A stretch of DNA of 64,000 nt from Eledone cirrhosa (taxonomy: Eukaryota). Below are positions 25,401 to 38,507 of the stretch, piece after piece. How positions within the stretch are numbered: the first letter of the stretch is position 1; each line of letters starts with the position of its first letter. The DNA is taken from positions 346,022,001 to 346,086,000 of the forward strand of contig OZ024742.1 in the NCBI GenBank assembly GCA_964016885.1, given 5' to 3'. Below the pieces are notes generated by a model. That model ran no database searches and was not told the DNA's origin. It saw only the letters and a program-made list of their open reading frames with translations. Made by a program: the position numbers and the translations under genes.

Positions 25401-27570
25401 AGACTGGAAAGAAATTGTTGAATCAATCAATTAAATGATACAAGCGAAGGTGCAGAGACTAAGATGTAAAAAAAAGAGCTAACTTCTTTAAGCAGAACAA
25501 AATCTTTGCCGAATCTTTGCCGAAAAGATTTTACAGAGAGTTCGGCAAGAAAAATATTGAAGTAAGACCTGAGCTTGATGAGGTTGTACATTTCTGGGAA
25601 AATATCTGGGAAAAAGCTCAAGACCACAATACTAGTGTCCCATGACTGGAACAATTAGAAATCCCTGCTTGCACTCAAGAATGGAATGAGATCACCTCAC
25701 AAGAAGTAAAAACAGCAGTCATCATTGTTGGAAACTAGAAATCACCTGGAAGAGATGGCTTGCAGAATTTCTGGCTGAAACATCTGGATGTGCTCCATGA
25801 AGTCTTGGCTGCTGAATTCTCCAGGATTATAGCAAACCCAAGAGAGGTCCCAACGTAGATGACAACTGGCATAGCATAGCATATCTTCTACCGAAGAATG
25901 AATGCACAGAAAATCCTCAAATATACAGACCAATTACATGTCTCCCAATGGTGCACAAAGCCATCACATCAATGGTTACCAACAGGGTCTACAATTACAT
26001 TGTCTGTGGAGATCTATTGTCACCTGAACAAAAAGGCTGTAAAAGAGGGAGTTATGGGTGCAATGATCAGCTACTTATAAATAGACTCATAACAGAAAAC
26101 TGTAAACAGCAAGAGAAAGATCTGTCAATTGCCTGGATAGACTACAAGAAGGCATTCGACAGCGTACCCCATTCATGGATCATAAAGACGCTAGAAATGT
26201 GTCATATAGCACCTGAGATCACAAATTCCTTGTAGGCAATGATTGATGACAAACTGGAAGATTATGATGGTCGTTCAACACCACAACGGATCACTGTTCC
26301 AAGATGACTCATTGCCCCCTTTGTTGTTCTGTATGTCACTTGCTCCATGCAGTCAGTTACTGCGGAGGACAGACTATGGATAAAGATTAGACAACACACA
26401 CTACAGTTGCCTTCTTTATATGGATGATATCAAGCTATTTGGAACCAATGATGGGCAGCTGGAAGGTTTACTGCGTATAGTGATGACATCCATATGGAAT
26501 TTGGAACCGTACAAGTGTGCAAATGTCACATTCAAGAGAGGGTTGCTAAACCATCATAAAGGAACTCAACAATGAAGAGTTCAACAAATATCTTGGAGTT
26601 AATGAAGAAGATGGAATCCAACATGCAAGTATGAAGGAAAAGATATGGAAGGAATACACATGGAGTGTGAGAAAGGTAACAAAAAGTGAGTTAAACTCTT
26701 GCAACAAGTTTAAAGCCATTAACAGTCTAGCAATACCAGTTGTAACATACAGCTTTAACATCATAAACTGGAACCTGCAAGAACTACAAAGGTTGGACAC
26801 TAAGACAAGGAAACTATTGACAACGGAAAAAATGCACCACCCTAAAGCTGATATACATTGGCTTTATACTTCAAGGAGAGAATGTGGACGAGGGCTCCGA
26901 CAACTGGAAGCTGCATATAAATCACTAAACATTGGATTGGATAGCTATCTCCACCTCACCCGAGATGAACTTCTCAAGCCTATATTCAAGCATGAACGGA
27001 TTAAAAGACACATTCTATAAAAAAGATGATGCAAGAAAATTTAGGCAAAAATCGAACTTCGAACAAAATATACCCATAGAAAATCAACACCAGAGTGCTG
27101 CACAGATAGCTATGACTGCGAAGATTAAAGCAAAGAAACTCCAAATAGAGGAACTAAACCGTGAATGGAAGGTAAAACCACGACATGGAAGATTCTCATT
27201 TCTAACAATGATATCGATCAGCATGGCTCACTATCCTGGCTCAGAAGAGTTGGTTTGAAAGCAGTGACTGAGGGACTTTTAGTTACTGCACAAGATCAAT
27301 CTTTAAACACTCGGGTCTATAGACACAGAATAGTGAAAGATGGGACTAGGCAGAATCTGCTACAAATAAAAAGAAACGGTAGATCATGTTATCTCCGGGT
27401 GTCCGGAGCTGGCAAAAACTGATTATAGAAAAAGACACAACCGCCGGTCTCATGACATCCAAAGACACAACCCCGGGTCTCATCACATCGAAACTTCTAA
27501 CAAATGGTATGAACATCAACTAAAAAAAAGTAATGGAAGAGGGCAACATATCCATGTTGTGGGATATGCT
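25401..27570 (+). mobile_element. R4/Dong-like RT element, decayed
   Basis: KSPGRDGLQNFWLK, YRPITCLP, EQKGC, AWIDYKKAFDSVPHSWI, LLYMDDIKLF, MHHPKAD, GLKAVTEGLLVTAQDQSL. Confidence 0.85.
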
Positions 27571-27800
27571 ACACATTTTAAAGAGATCGTATTGGACATG
27601 TTCAATGTTGAACAGAATTCGGAAAGTTTAGCTATTAGATGTAAGAACCCGTAACTCCAGAAGGAGTGGTAGGGACGCCTTCATGATACACGGCATGTCT
27701 TTGAGCATTTTAAAACTTGCACATCCCCTCTCCAGGTTTGAACACAGCCGAATCTATCCAGATAAGGATAGACAGTTAGATATATATATATGTATATATA

Positions 27801-28429
27801 GGAAAAGGTATGACCCCGACGGCAGAGCTCAAGCCGTTTCGACGGCTATTTCAGGACTAAATTAGAATTTTTAGCCTGGTAAATAAATAGCCGAAATTAT
27901 CAAGGGGAACTTCCTTATATGGGAAGATTGTAATTGTCAAGACGATTGGTCAAATGTTGTTGTAAAGACAAGTAAATCTGTCATGGCATTTGGCCGGAGG
28001 TAGGGGTGGCTGAACTTGCCGGTAGAAGAAAGAAGGAGTGAGTAAAGCTAGTATATACTCCCCTCCTCCTTTTCCCCAGAACATTCTTTCATACACTATC
28101 CTTAGAATATGTTATATAGATTTCACTTTCAACGCCAGACTGGTTTACTCACTCCTTTCTTCTACCGGCAAGTTCAGCCAACCCTACCTCCATTTGACCA
28201 ATCCTCTTGACAATTACAATCTTGCCATATAAGGAAGTTCACCTTGATAAGTTCGGCTATTTATTTACCAGGCTAAAAATTCTAATTTAGTCCTGAAATA
28301 GCCGTCGAAACGGCTTGAGCTCTGCCGTCGGGGTCATACCTTTTCCTATCACCCACTCTACTACCCTAAGTATTGAGTACTCTGGTGCGTCATTGGTCCA
28401 CCTGGTTCCTTACCACAATTCCCTCGTTA

Positions 28430-28430
<1 letters not shown>
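27801..28430. mobile_element. Foldback element in (TA)n (GAAACGGC family)
   Basis: Arms ~27801-28053 / ~28139-28347 plus unpaired tail to 28430; other copies at 41498-41575, 42560-42820, 42844-42987. Confidence 0.85.
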
Positions 28431-28484
<54 letters not shown>

Positions 28485-28997
28485 ATACTTGGGGAGGGTC
28501 ATATTTGTGTAATATTGCCAGAATTAATAACAGAACACACTCACTGTTTGGTTGGTTTTCGCTTCTCGCTGTCTTTTATATCTGCGATCTAACTTACTCG
28601 GTCCTCAATGTTGCCATTGACTGACCGACGGTCAAAAATAATACAGATACAATATAGACACAAACACATATATATAGTTTACATAATTTACATAAATTTC
28701 GTTGCACATCTGCAACATCGTCAGTGGTGTTATATTTTTTTCTCCTGTTGTGTTGTATGTCTACGCCATTTTTTATTCAGTCTGTCTATATATTTATTTA
28801 TTTATTTGCTTGTTTGTTTATTTTATTTTGTCTTCTTTGCGCATGCGTTTGCGTGTGTGTATAGTGTTATGTTTGCTGTGTGACTAGTGTGTATAGTGTT
28901 GTGTTTGCTGGGTGACTAGTGTGTGTTTATGTGCTTGTTGTTATTGTGTTTGTGTATGTATTTATTTATCTTATTTTATTTTATTTTATTTACTTAT

Positions 28998-31909
28998 TTA
29001 TACTTCTCTTAGGTCAGTGTTGTTTGTTTGGGTGTTGTTGTTGTTCCACTCATTCTTTCTGTTTAGCTTTGGTCTTCTAATTTCTATTTCACTGGCCTCT
29101 CTGATTTGCCTATCTGCTGGGTCATTCCTATGTTTAGATATTATTCTAATTTCTATGTTGTCTATGTTACCGTCATGTTGTTGTCTAGCATGTTCGTATA
29201 GTACTGACCCGTTTTTTCGTCCTTTTAGTTCCCCCCAGTGTTGGCCTATCCTTTCACCTATGCTACGAGCTGTCTCACCTATGTATGTTGTTGTCATGTT
29301 TCTGCAAGTACCCTCTGTACATCTTATGCTATAGACTACGTTTCTAGTTTTACAGTTTATCCGGGGGTTCACCTTACATATGATACATTTCCTATTGGTA
29401 CAGTGGGTTTTCTTAAAAGGGTAGGTTTTGCTGATCAGGGATTTTATGGTGGTTCCTGGCTTTTCTACCACCTTTATTTTTAAGTGGGTCTTTCTCAGGG
29501 CCTTTCTACACTGGTTAGCTAATTTCCCTCCAGGGGTGGCGTCCACAAACATGACACTCTGATATCTCTGGTTGTCGTACCATGATGTGGCCTTCCTTAT
29601 CTTATGTCTAGCCCTATCTAAGCTATTCCATGATTTGCTCCTGTATAATGGGCAAATTCCTTTCATGTCCAGTTCTATGAGGGTCTTATACTTTTCCATG
29701 GCTCCTTCGTATACTCTGACTCTGTCTCTTTGGTTGTAGCCAGAGAACTGCATGCGGTTGATGAAGTGTTGGATGTGTCTTTCCATTTCTGTTGGGTCGC
29801 ACATGCTGGACACATTCTTCATCACTCGTACCAAATCTGCGATCAGAATATTAAACTTAGCACTACTGGACATTGCTGAGTTTTTGAGTATCAGGTATTT
29901 GGAGGCCATGGGTTTAGCATAGTGTGAATGGAGAATTTGGGCTCTCTCGTCTATAGTGTTAATCCAGAGTTCTGTGTCTAATACAGGTAGTCTATTGTTA
30001 GGGTGTTTGGAAGGGAAGTCGATAGTTACAGTTATACTCTGGTGTATGGAATTAGCTATCTGCTGGATGCTTTCCATCGTGCTACGTTCTAAATCAAACT
30101 TGTTAGTGCTCTCTAGTGGGGGTGTTCTTATAACTATATTGATATCGTCTACCTAACGAGAGTACATGATGAGGTCTATGGAGCTTTCATTAAGGAGATC
30201 TTTAAGTCTCCTTTCCCACCATACCATGAAAAGGTTGGCAACATCACCAGCTATGCTGACGCCGATGGATGCTCCCTCATTTTGGGTGTAGATTTTCTCA
30301 TTGAACTTAAATATGTGGCCCTTTAGGGTAGTTTTGATACTAGCCTCTATTGCATGTGCGACCATTTTTCTTACCTGATCATTGTTTTGGGGGGTCCGTA
30401 TAGCTTTGGTCCACCCAATCCACCTTCCCATGGGAGTCTTTTTTGCCATTGAGGTTATGGTGGGGGGTCTACCCCTTATAGGTCTACTAGGGCAGAAACA
30501 TCTAAGGTCATGGCTGTCTAGGTAGTCAGTGTCGTAGGTAAGTCTAAGTAGGAGGCCCAGTTCGTCTGTGTCGACGTCGCAGAACTACACCTCACTCTCA
30601 ATGATCATCTCCACACATCTTTTCACAGCAAAATCAATGTTAATGGATGGGTACAGTGACACCACATCCATGCTGCCTATTATGCAGTTGGATAGGCTCC
30701 TGTTTTTGTTGCACTCACTGATTCTGCTGAGGAGGTCCTCTGTACTTTCACATACATCTGGGGACATCTTGATTATGGGGCGTATAACCATTGAGAGGAA
30801 GTAGGAGATCCTGTAGTTGCTAGCTATATTAGCTCGGCATACGGGTATTTTTGGTGGTCCTGTTGTCGGGTCGTTGACTGTCTTGTGGTATTTTCGGAGC
30901 CCATACAAGGGTGGTATGCCATTGTTAGACGCCTGGAAGATGTTGGCAGTGCGTCTGCTTGGCTTTAGGATGTCAGTCCACATCATCATGTGAGCGTTGA
31001 GGATTTTTTCTCTTCCTTCGTGTGTTTGTTGTGCAAATTCGCTCGTGTTGGTGATGTGGGGTTGCATAGCCTCGATGTAGTTCGGCATGCTAACTATTGA
31101 CATCCTACCAGACTTATCTGTGGGTAGACACACTACCTCACCATCCCTTGTGCGCTGCTTGAGGCTAACCAAGCCTTCTACAGGTTTCCTCCCAAGTTGT
31201 TGGGCCTCTGGTCTGCTCTGTCTCTTAGTATACCTGTCTACTACTTGTCTAATCTTATTTCTAGCTATGGTGAACTGTGTCTCTGTCTCGTCATCTATTT
31301 GTTGTGGTATGCAAACTCTTTTATTAAAGGGTAACCTCGTAGGATAGATATTACCCATCTTATATGTTTTGTCAGCTGGGTTGAAAAATAGTTTCTCTAA
31401 GGGGTTGTCATTATATCTATCGTCATAGTTGTGTGTGTTGCTATTGTTGTTATCAGGGTGGTTGTTGTTGTTTCTATCATTAGCATTATTATTATTGTTA
31501 TGATTGCTAGATGTATTGTTGTTTACTTCACCGTTATTGTTGTTGTTGTTACTGTTATTTCTACCATTGTGGTTGTTACTTTTATTATGTTTCTTGTTTT
31601 TGTTGATGTTGCTACATGTATTATTTCCATTATTACCACTGTGGTTATTGTTGTTGTTGTTCGTATTGTTACCGTTACTACTACTGTGGTCGCTGTTGCT
31701 GTGTCTGTGGTTAATGTTTCTATTATTATTATTATTGTGGTTGTTGTTGTTGTTCTGTCTATCGTTAGTATTATTACCATTATCACTATTTCTCACTTCC
31801 CTGCCATTGTTATGGTTATGGCTGTTATTTCTATACCCAGAGTTATTGTTTATATTACTACTACCGTTATTATTGTTGTTGTTGTTTACATTTGCATTCC
31901 AACGTATTT
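28998..31909 (-). pseudogene. PLE polyprotein: Asn-rich N-terminal tract, RT, GIY-YIG; one frameshift and a stop at the YVDD tyrosine
   Basis: PTDKSG, PLYGLRKYHK, IIGSMDVVSLYPSI, YTQNEGASIG, YSR*VDD, LPVLD, CTNRKCIIC, RNVVYSIRC..YIGETARS. Confidence 0.9.
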
Positions 31910-33339
31910 TGGGAAGGTGGATTGGGTGGACCAAAGCTATACGGACCCCCCAAAACAATGATCAGGTAAGAAAAATGGTCGCACATGCAATAGGGGCTAG
32001 TATCAAAACTACCCTAAAGGGCCACATATTTAAGTTCAATGAGAAAATCTACACCCAAAATGAGGGAGCAGCCATCGGCGTCAGCATAGCTGGTGATGTT
32101 GCCAACCTTTTCATGGTATGGTGGGAAAGGAGACTTAAAGATCTCCTTAATGAAAGCTCCATAGACCTCATCATGTACTCTCGTTATGTAGACGATATCA
32201 ATATAGTTATAAGAACACCCCCACTAGAGAGCACTAACAAGTTTGATTTAGAACGTAGCACGATGGAAAGCATCCAGCAGATAGCTAATTCCATACACCA
32301 GAGTATAACTGTAACTATCGACTTCCCTTCCAAACACCCTAACAATAGACTACCTGTATTAGACACAGAACTCTGGATTAACACTATAGACGAGAGAGCC
32401 CAAATTCTCCACTCACACTATGCTAAACCCATGGCCTCCAAATACCTGATACTCAAAAACTCAGCAATGTCCAGTGGTGCTAAGTTTAATATTCTGATCG
32501 CAGATTTGGTACGAGTGATGAAGAATGTGTCCAGCATGTGCGACCCAACAGAAATGGAAAGACACATCCAACACTTCATCAACCGCATGCAGTTCTCTGG
32601 CTACAACCAAAGAGACAGAGTCAGAGTATACGAAGGAGCCATGGAAAAGTATAAGACCCTCATAGAACTGGACATGAAAGGAATTTGCCCATTATACAGG
32701 AGCAAATCATGGAATAGCTTAGATAGGGCTAGACATAAGATAGGGAAGGCCACATCATGGTACGACAACCAGAGATATCAGAGTGTCATGTTTGTGGACG
32801 CCACCCCTGGAGGGAAATTAGCTAACCAGTGTAGAAAGGCCCTGAGAAAGACCCACTTAAAAATAAAGGTGGTAGAAAAGCCAGGAACCATCATAAAATC
32901 CCTGATCAGCAAAACCTACCCTTTTATAAAACCCACTGTACCAATAGGAAATGTATCATATGTAAGGTGAACCCCCGGATAAACTGTAAAACTAGAAACG
33001 TAGTCTATAGCATAAGATGTACAGAGGCTACTTGCAGAAACATGACAACAACATACATAGGTGAGACAGCTCGTAGCATAGGTGAAAGGATAGACCAACA
33101 TTGGGGGGGAACTAAAAGAACGAAAAAACGGGTCAGTACTATACGAACATGCTAGACAACAACATGACGGTAACATAGACAACATAGAAATTAGAATAAT
33201 ATCTAAACATAGGAATGACCCAGCAGATAGGCAAATCAAAGAGGCCAGTGAAATAGAAATTAGAAGACCAAAGCTAAACAGAAAGAATGAGTGGAACAAC
33301 AACACTCAAACAAACAACACTGACCTAAGAGAAGTATAA
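31910..33339 (+). pseudogene. Inverted copy of PLE RT C-half + GIY-YIG; YVDD intact, frameshifts in the endonuclease region
   Basis: C-terminal part of ORF 31504-32970 and ORF 32967-33155 match 28998-30449. Confidence 0.88.
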
Positions 33340-33610
33340 ATAAGTAAATAAAATTAAATAAAATAAGATAAATAAATACATACACAAACACAATAACAAC
33401 AAGCACATAAACACACACTAGTCACCCAGCAAACACAACACTATACACACTAGTCACACAGCAAACATAACACTATACACACACGCAAACGCATGCGCAA
33501 AGAAGACAAAATAAAATAAACAAACAAGCAAATAAATAAATAAATATATAGACAGACTGAATAAAAAATGGCGTAGACATACAACACAACAGGAGAAAAA
33601 AATATAACAC

Positions 33611-33657
33611 CACTGACGATGTTGCAGATGTGCAACGAAAGATTTATGTAAATTATG
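33611..33657 (+). ncRNA. Hammerhead-like motif in the PLE terminal repeat (mirror 28682-28726 on minus)
   Basis: CA-CUGACGA-U-GUUGCA gaug UGCAAC-GAAA-(g)AUUU augu AAAU-UA/UG; stem I is weak. Confidence 0.55.
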
Positions 33658-33902
33658 TAAACTATATATAATTGTGTTTGTGTCTATATTGTATCTGTAT
33701 TATTTTTGACCGCCGGTCAGTCAATGGCAACATTGAGGACCGAGTAAGTTAGATCGCAGATATAAAAGACAGCGAGAAGCGAAAACCAACCAAACAGTGA
33801 GTGTGTTCTGTTATTAATTCTGGCAATATTACACAAATATGACCCTCCCCAAGTATAACAATATTTGATTCGACACACGATTTCATATAAAAAACCTCGC
33901 TA

Positions 33903-34108
<206 letters not shown>

Positions 34109-35244
34109 GTTAAAGAGAAAGACTCAGCCTTCAATTTTTGACTTGTACTTTTCTAATTGACCTCAAAAGGATGAAATACAAACTTGACCCCAACACTATT
34201 TGAACTCAGTGAGGGCAGATGGTCGGAACCAACGCCACAAAATATTCCATCCAACGTTCTCACGTCTCTGTAATCTTGCCTCTTACTTTATTCATTGTGG
34301 TGTATCAAAATCAATCAAAAATAAATTGCATGCTGTTCATTTTTAGATTATGTAATAAAAAATTGAATAGCATTTTATAAAAATGCGAGAGGTTTTTCTC
34401 GCCATACTGTAGTAATTTAACTTCACCTCAGAGTTGTTTCTCGGGTCAATAATGCGTACAGTAATCACTTATCTCATTGGCTGTTATTACTACTCCTTGC
34501 TCCAATAGTGATTATCATGAATTATTGATCAGAACTACCAAATGTAGCCATGTTTAAGTGGCTACAGTAATACAATACATATGTATTATCCAAACTTATT
34601 TTTACTTGCAGCCTAGCAATTAAGTATCAGCATTATCTGGTCTATTTTGAACTAAAGTGAGTATCAATTCTGATAGTTAACCTTTAAGCGTTTTAAACAA
34701 GAGAGAACAAACTTAGATTAGTTTACATCTTCCTAAGCTACAATTATCTTTTTTCCAGTCAAAACATCTTATATACTATTATAGAAGGTTTTCTTAACTA
34801 AAAAACCTCAGACGGTATTATGGTGTTTATCCAATAGTCTGAAGTGTTAACCACTAGAAATATACCAGTTCTACTAAACAAATCACTAATTTACTTCAGG
34901 TTGTCTCTGTCAACGAATTTGAATTTAATATTGGAAGTCAATAAAATACACGCCATTTGCCAAGGAGAAAGTCAGCTATAATTATCTCATTATTCTTTTC
35001 TCCCCACAGTAAATCTATTCCCAAACTGAACAGAAATTATCATATTTATATATATGCTATTATCACAGGTCTGGTCCTGGTCTGTTCTTTTCATTATCGT
35101 GGCAGATATACAAGAATGCCATATTAAGAGTTAGTATAAATATCATTAGTAATGTCTCTTTCCTGAAAGATCAACTTTAAACACACAAAGTTTTATATAA
35201 AGTTTCCCATTTTGAAATATATTGCAGCTGTTGATCCTAGTGAT

Positions 35245-35890
35245 ATGAGGGTAGGCTGAAAAGTCCATAGGCTGACCATGACGGAGCGATGCTAGAGCTG
35301 TGAAATCTGAAAATAACGGCATTGTTTATTCCCAGAGATTATTTTGAAAAATAAACCTCATTCGGTTATTCCACGAGAGTCCTTGGTCAGCCTATGAACA
35401 TATAGGTATACAGGGGTCGGGTGAAAGGTTCATAGGCTGAGTAAGAAGGATTGATGTTAGAGCTGTGATATCTGGCAAGCATTAATTTCAACTCTTCTTA
35501 TTAATAACTGCATTATTTTTCTCCAGGGTCTGTTGAAAAATATACCTCATTTGGTCATTCTATGAGAGTATCTTGGTCAGCTTATGATGGATTGATGTGA
35601 AATCTTGCAAGCATTAATTTCAACTGTTCTTATTTAAAAGCGCATTGTTTTCTTCCACAGTCGATGTTGAAAAATGAACCGCATTTGGTTATTCTATGAG
35701 AGTATCTTGGTCATAGGCTGACTATGAAGGAGTGATGGTAGAGCTGTGAAATCTTGCATGTATACATTTAACTCTTCTTATTAATAACTGCATTGTTTCT
35801 TTCCAGGGGCTATGTTGAAAAATAAACCTTATTTGGGCATTCCATGAGAATATCTTGGTCAGTCTTTTCAGCCTATGAACCTTCAGCCCA
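35245..35890. mobile_element. Probable mariner-derived MITE remnants with repeated subunits
   Basis: tatgagggtaggctgaaaagtccataggctgac resembles a TA-CGAGGG mariner-type TIR; inverted cagcctatgaac at ~35390 and ~35870; internal block repeated about four times. Confidence 0.5.
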
Positions 35891-35961
35891 AGATTTTTAC
35901 TGCCGGACCTCATATATACATACGTGTATACATATATATGCATATATATATATATATATAT

Positions 35962-36500
35962 ATTGGTAAACGGAATAGAAAATGCTGACAAATTGTTCAC
36001 AGTGAAAAATAGTTTAATTAGGAATAAGTGAGAATTAGTAATAGTATTGGTTGGTATTCAGTTTTGGTTTTAAGTTTTACCGGTTGCGTATTTCTAATGC
36101 TTTTCAAAAATAATTTTGAGATAGAGCGTCCGTGATGTTTGCTCTGATCTGATTAGTTTTGGGAATTCTACCTGTTTTTATGTTAAAAAAGTGGCTCCAG
36201 CGGTATTAAAATAAGTTTTGCGCCAATTAGTGTTGCAAAAATTCTTGTGGTCAAAACAATTTTGATTGGTCGGTAGAGGTCATGTGAATGTAAAAAATTG
36301 ATTTTTCGCCAAATGTAGGTTTGTGTCGGCTGACTGAGAAATAAGTCTTTCACAACAAATATGTGTGTGTGTGTGTGTAGTAGTAGTAAAGAGGTTCGTT
36401 GTGATAATGGTCAGCAGGGATGTGTGTTGACAGTTCAAATGCCTATTAAGACAAGTGTGCGTGTGTGTGTGTGTGTGTGTATGTGTGTAGCAGAGTAATT
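35962..36500 (-). mobile_element. Solo terminal repeat of the 5843-10088 PLE family
   Basis: attggtaaacggaatagaaaatgctgacaaattgttcacag... matches 5845-6560. Confidence 0.88.
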
Positions 36501-36752
36501 CGTGGTAGAGGGATGGTCAGTAGGAATGTGTCTGTAAGTATGTGGGGGATGTTTTTAACCTGATTAGTTCTTTCGTCACTTTGGTATTGTATGGTTGGGT
36601 TTTGCCTACTGCAATTTTCAATTTGTCAAACTATTTAAACGTATGTTATTACTCTAGGACTTACCCTTATTGAGTGGTTTGCTACTCATTCGTTATTGTA
36701 GGTCGACTTTGCTTGGCCACAGCCAAAGCTTCGATTTTACTAAGCTTCCACT

Positions 36753-36801
<49 letters not shown>

Positions 36802-36952
36802 ATAAGGAGTTGACGGACGCAGCATATTTATCAATGCCAGTACCGGTTGTATCTCAGCCTACTCTATGGGCAATGTAACATACATTCCCAGAGTATACAC
36901 ATAGTTATTCGCTTCAATACAACACACGTAAAACGGGTGTCTATAATAGTTT

Positions 36953-37061
36953 CCGGACTCGAGTTTCGGCCACACATAATTCAGCAATAAGGTGCACTGC
37001 ACCATTCGTCTGCATATATTATGCAACAATGCATAATCGGCGTATGCCGCTTCATCAGCGG
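36953..37061 (-). ncRNA. Type I hammerhead candidate with ~85-nt multi-hairpin stem II region
   Basis: CCG-CUGAUGA-[insert]-GAAAC UCGA GUC/CGG, inside TA-flanked element 36798-37144. Confidence 0.55.
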
Positions 37062-37153
37062 GTATCGCCTAATACATAACCAATCGATCGATAGATTCCA
37101 AACCCCAGCCCATGTCAGCCATGACTGTTTATGACAACCGACGTATATATATA

Positions 37154-37220
<67 letters not shown>

Positions 37221-37374
37221 TCCCCCATCCCACAACTACAATCAACATCATCATCAACATCTTCACAGTTATTGCCATAATCTTCAATTGTGTTTATGAT
37301 TGATTACACAGTCTATCATATTTCAACAGGATACATTTATATTGAGGAGGCTGCTTCGGATATTTAATGTTAAG

Positions 37375-38080
37375 GTCAACAGTGAACAACAAAAAACAAC
37401 ACAACAGACAACATCACTGTTCACAGTCAACAGTAAACAACACAACAGGCAACATCACTGTTCACAGTCAACAGTCAACAACACACACAAGAGACAATAT
37501 CACTGTTCACAGTGAACAGTAAACAACACAACAGACAACATCACTGTTCACAGTGAACAGTAAACAACACAACAGACAACAAAACTGTTCACATTCAACA
37601 GTCAACAACACACGCAAGAGACAATATCACTGTTCACAGTGAACAGTAAACAACACAACAGACAATATCACTGTTCACAGTGAACAGTAAACAACACAAC
37701 AGACAACATCACTGTTCGCAGTGAACAGTAAACAACACAACAGACAACAAAACTGTTCACATTCAACAGTGAACAACACACGCAAGAGACAATATCACTG
37801 TTCACAGTGAACAGTAAACAACACAACAGACAATATCACTGTTCACAGTGAACAGTAAACAACACAACAGACAACAAAACTGTTCACATTCAACAGTGAA
37901 CAACACACGCAAGAGACAATATCACTGTTCACAGTCAACAGTAAACAACACAACAGACAACATCACTGTTCACAATGAACAGTAAAAAACACAACAGGCA
38001 ACAAAACTGTTCACATTCAACAGTGAACAACACAAGACATCAGACAACATCACTGTTCACAGTCAACAGTGAATAACACA
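37375..38080 (+). repeat. ~41-bp minisatellite with internal palindrome, ~17 copies
   Basis: Unit cactgttcacagtgaacagtaaacaacacaacagacaacat; period 41 measured at 37501/37542. Confidence 0.9.
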
Positions 38081-38422
38081 ACACCTCACACTGGATTATA
38101 CTACTGACCCATTGACCGCTGAAAGAAATATTGATACAGCAATATTCCATTCAAATGGTGACACCAATTAATTATTGAATGTTGACAAAATGTCAATAGA
38201 ATCCTGTCTAGGAGAGTTATGTGAAGAGAATAATAAAATCAACCTTTTTCAGGTCAATAATTATATTAGATTGCAGCCGCCACAAATATAAAACTTGCTA
38301 AATTTAATTATTTTATAATCAACATAAGGTAGGATTTTATTAAGTGGTCTTTTCTAATGACATACAAACATATATAGCGACATAGACACACGTACATACG
38401 TATATACATACATATATATATG

Positions 38423-38506
<84 letters not shown>

Positions 38507-38507
<1 letters not shown>

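Larger units (their letters stand above)
28479..33900 (-). mobile_element. Penelope-like retroelement with ~1.95-kb inverted duplication of its 3' half
   Basis: Arms 28479-30430 and 31910-33862 are near-identical reverse complements; (TA)n on both sides. Confidence 0.93.

Noticed and set aside
31504-31909. Leu-rich membrane-like N-terminus of the 488-aa ORF
   Set aside because: It is the antisense of the Asn-rich tract, fused in frame by chance to the inverted RT arm
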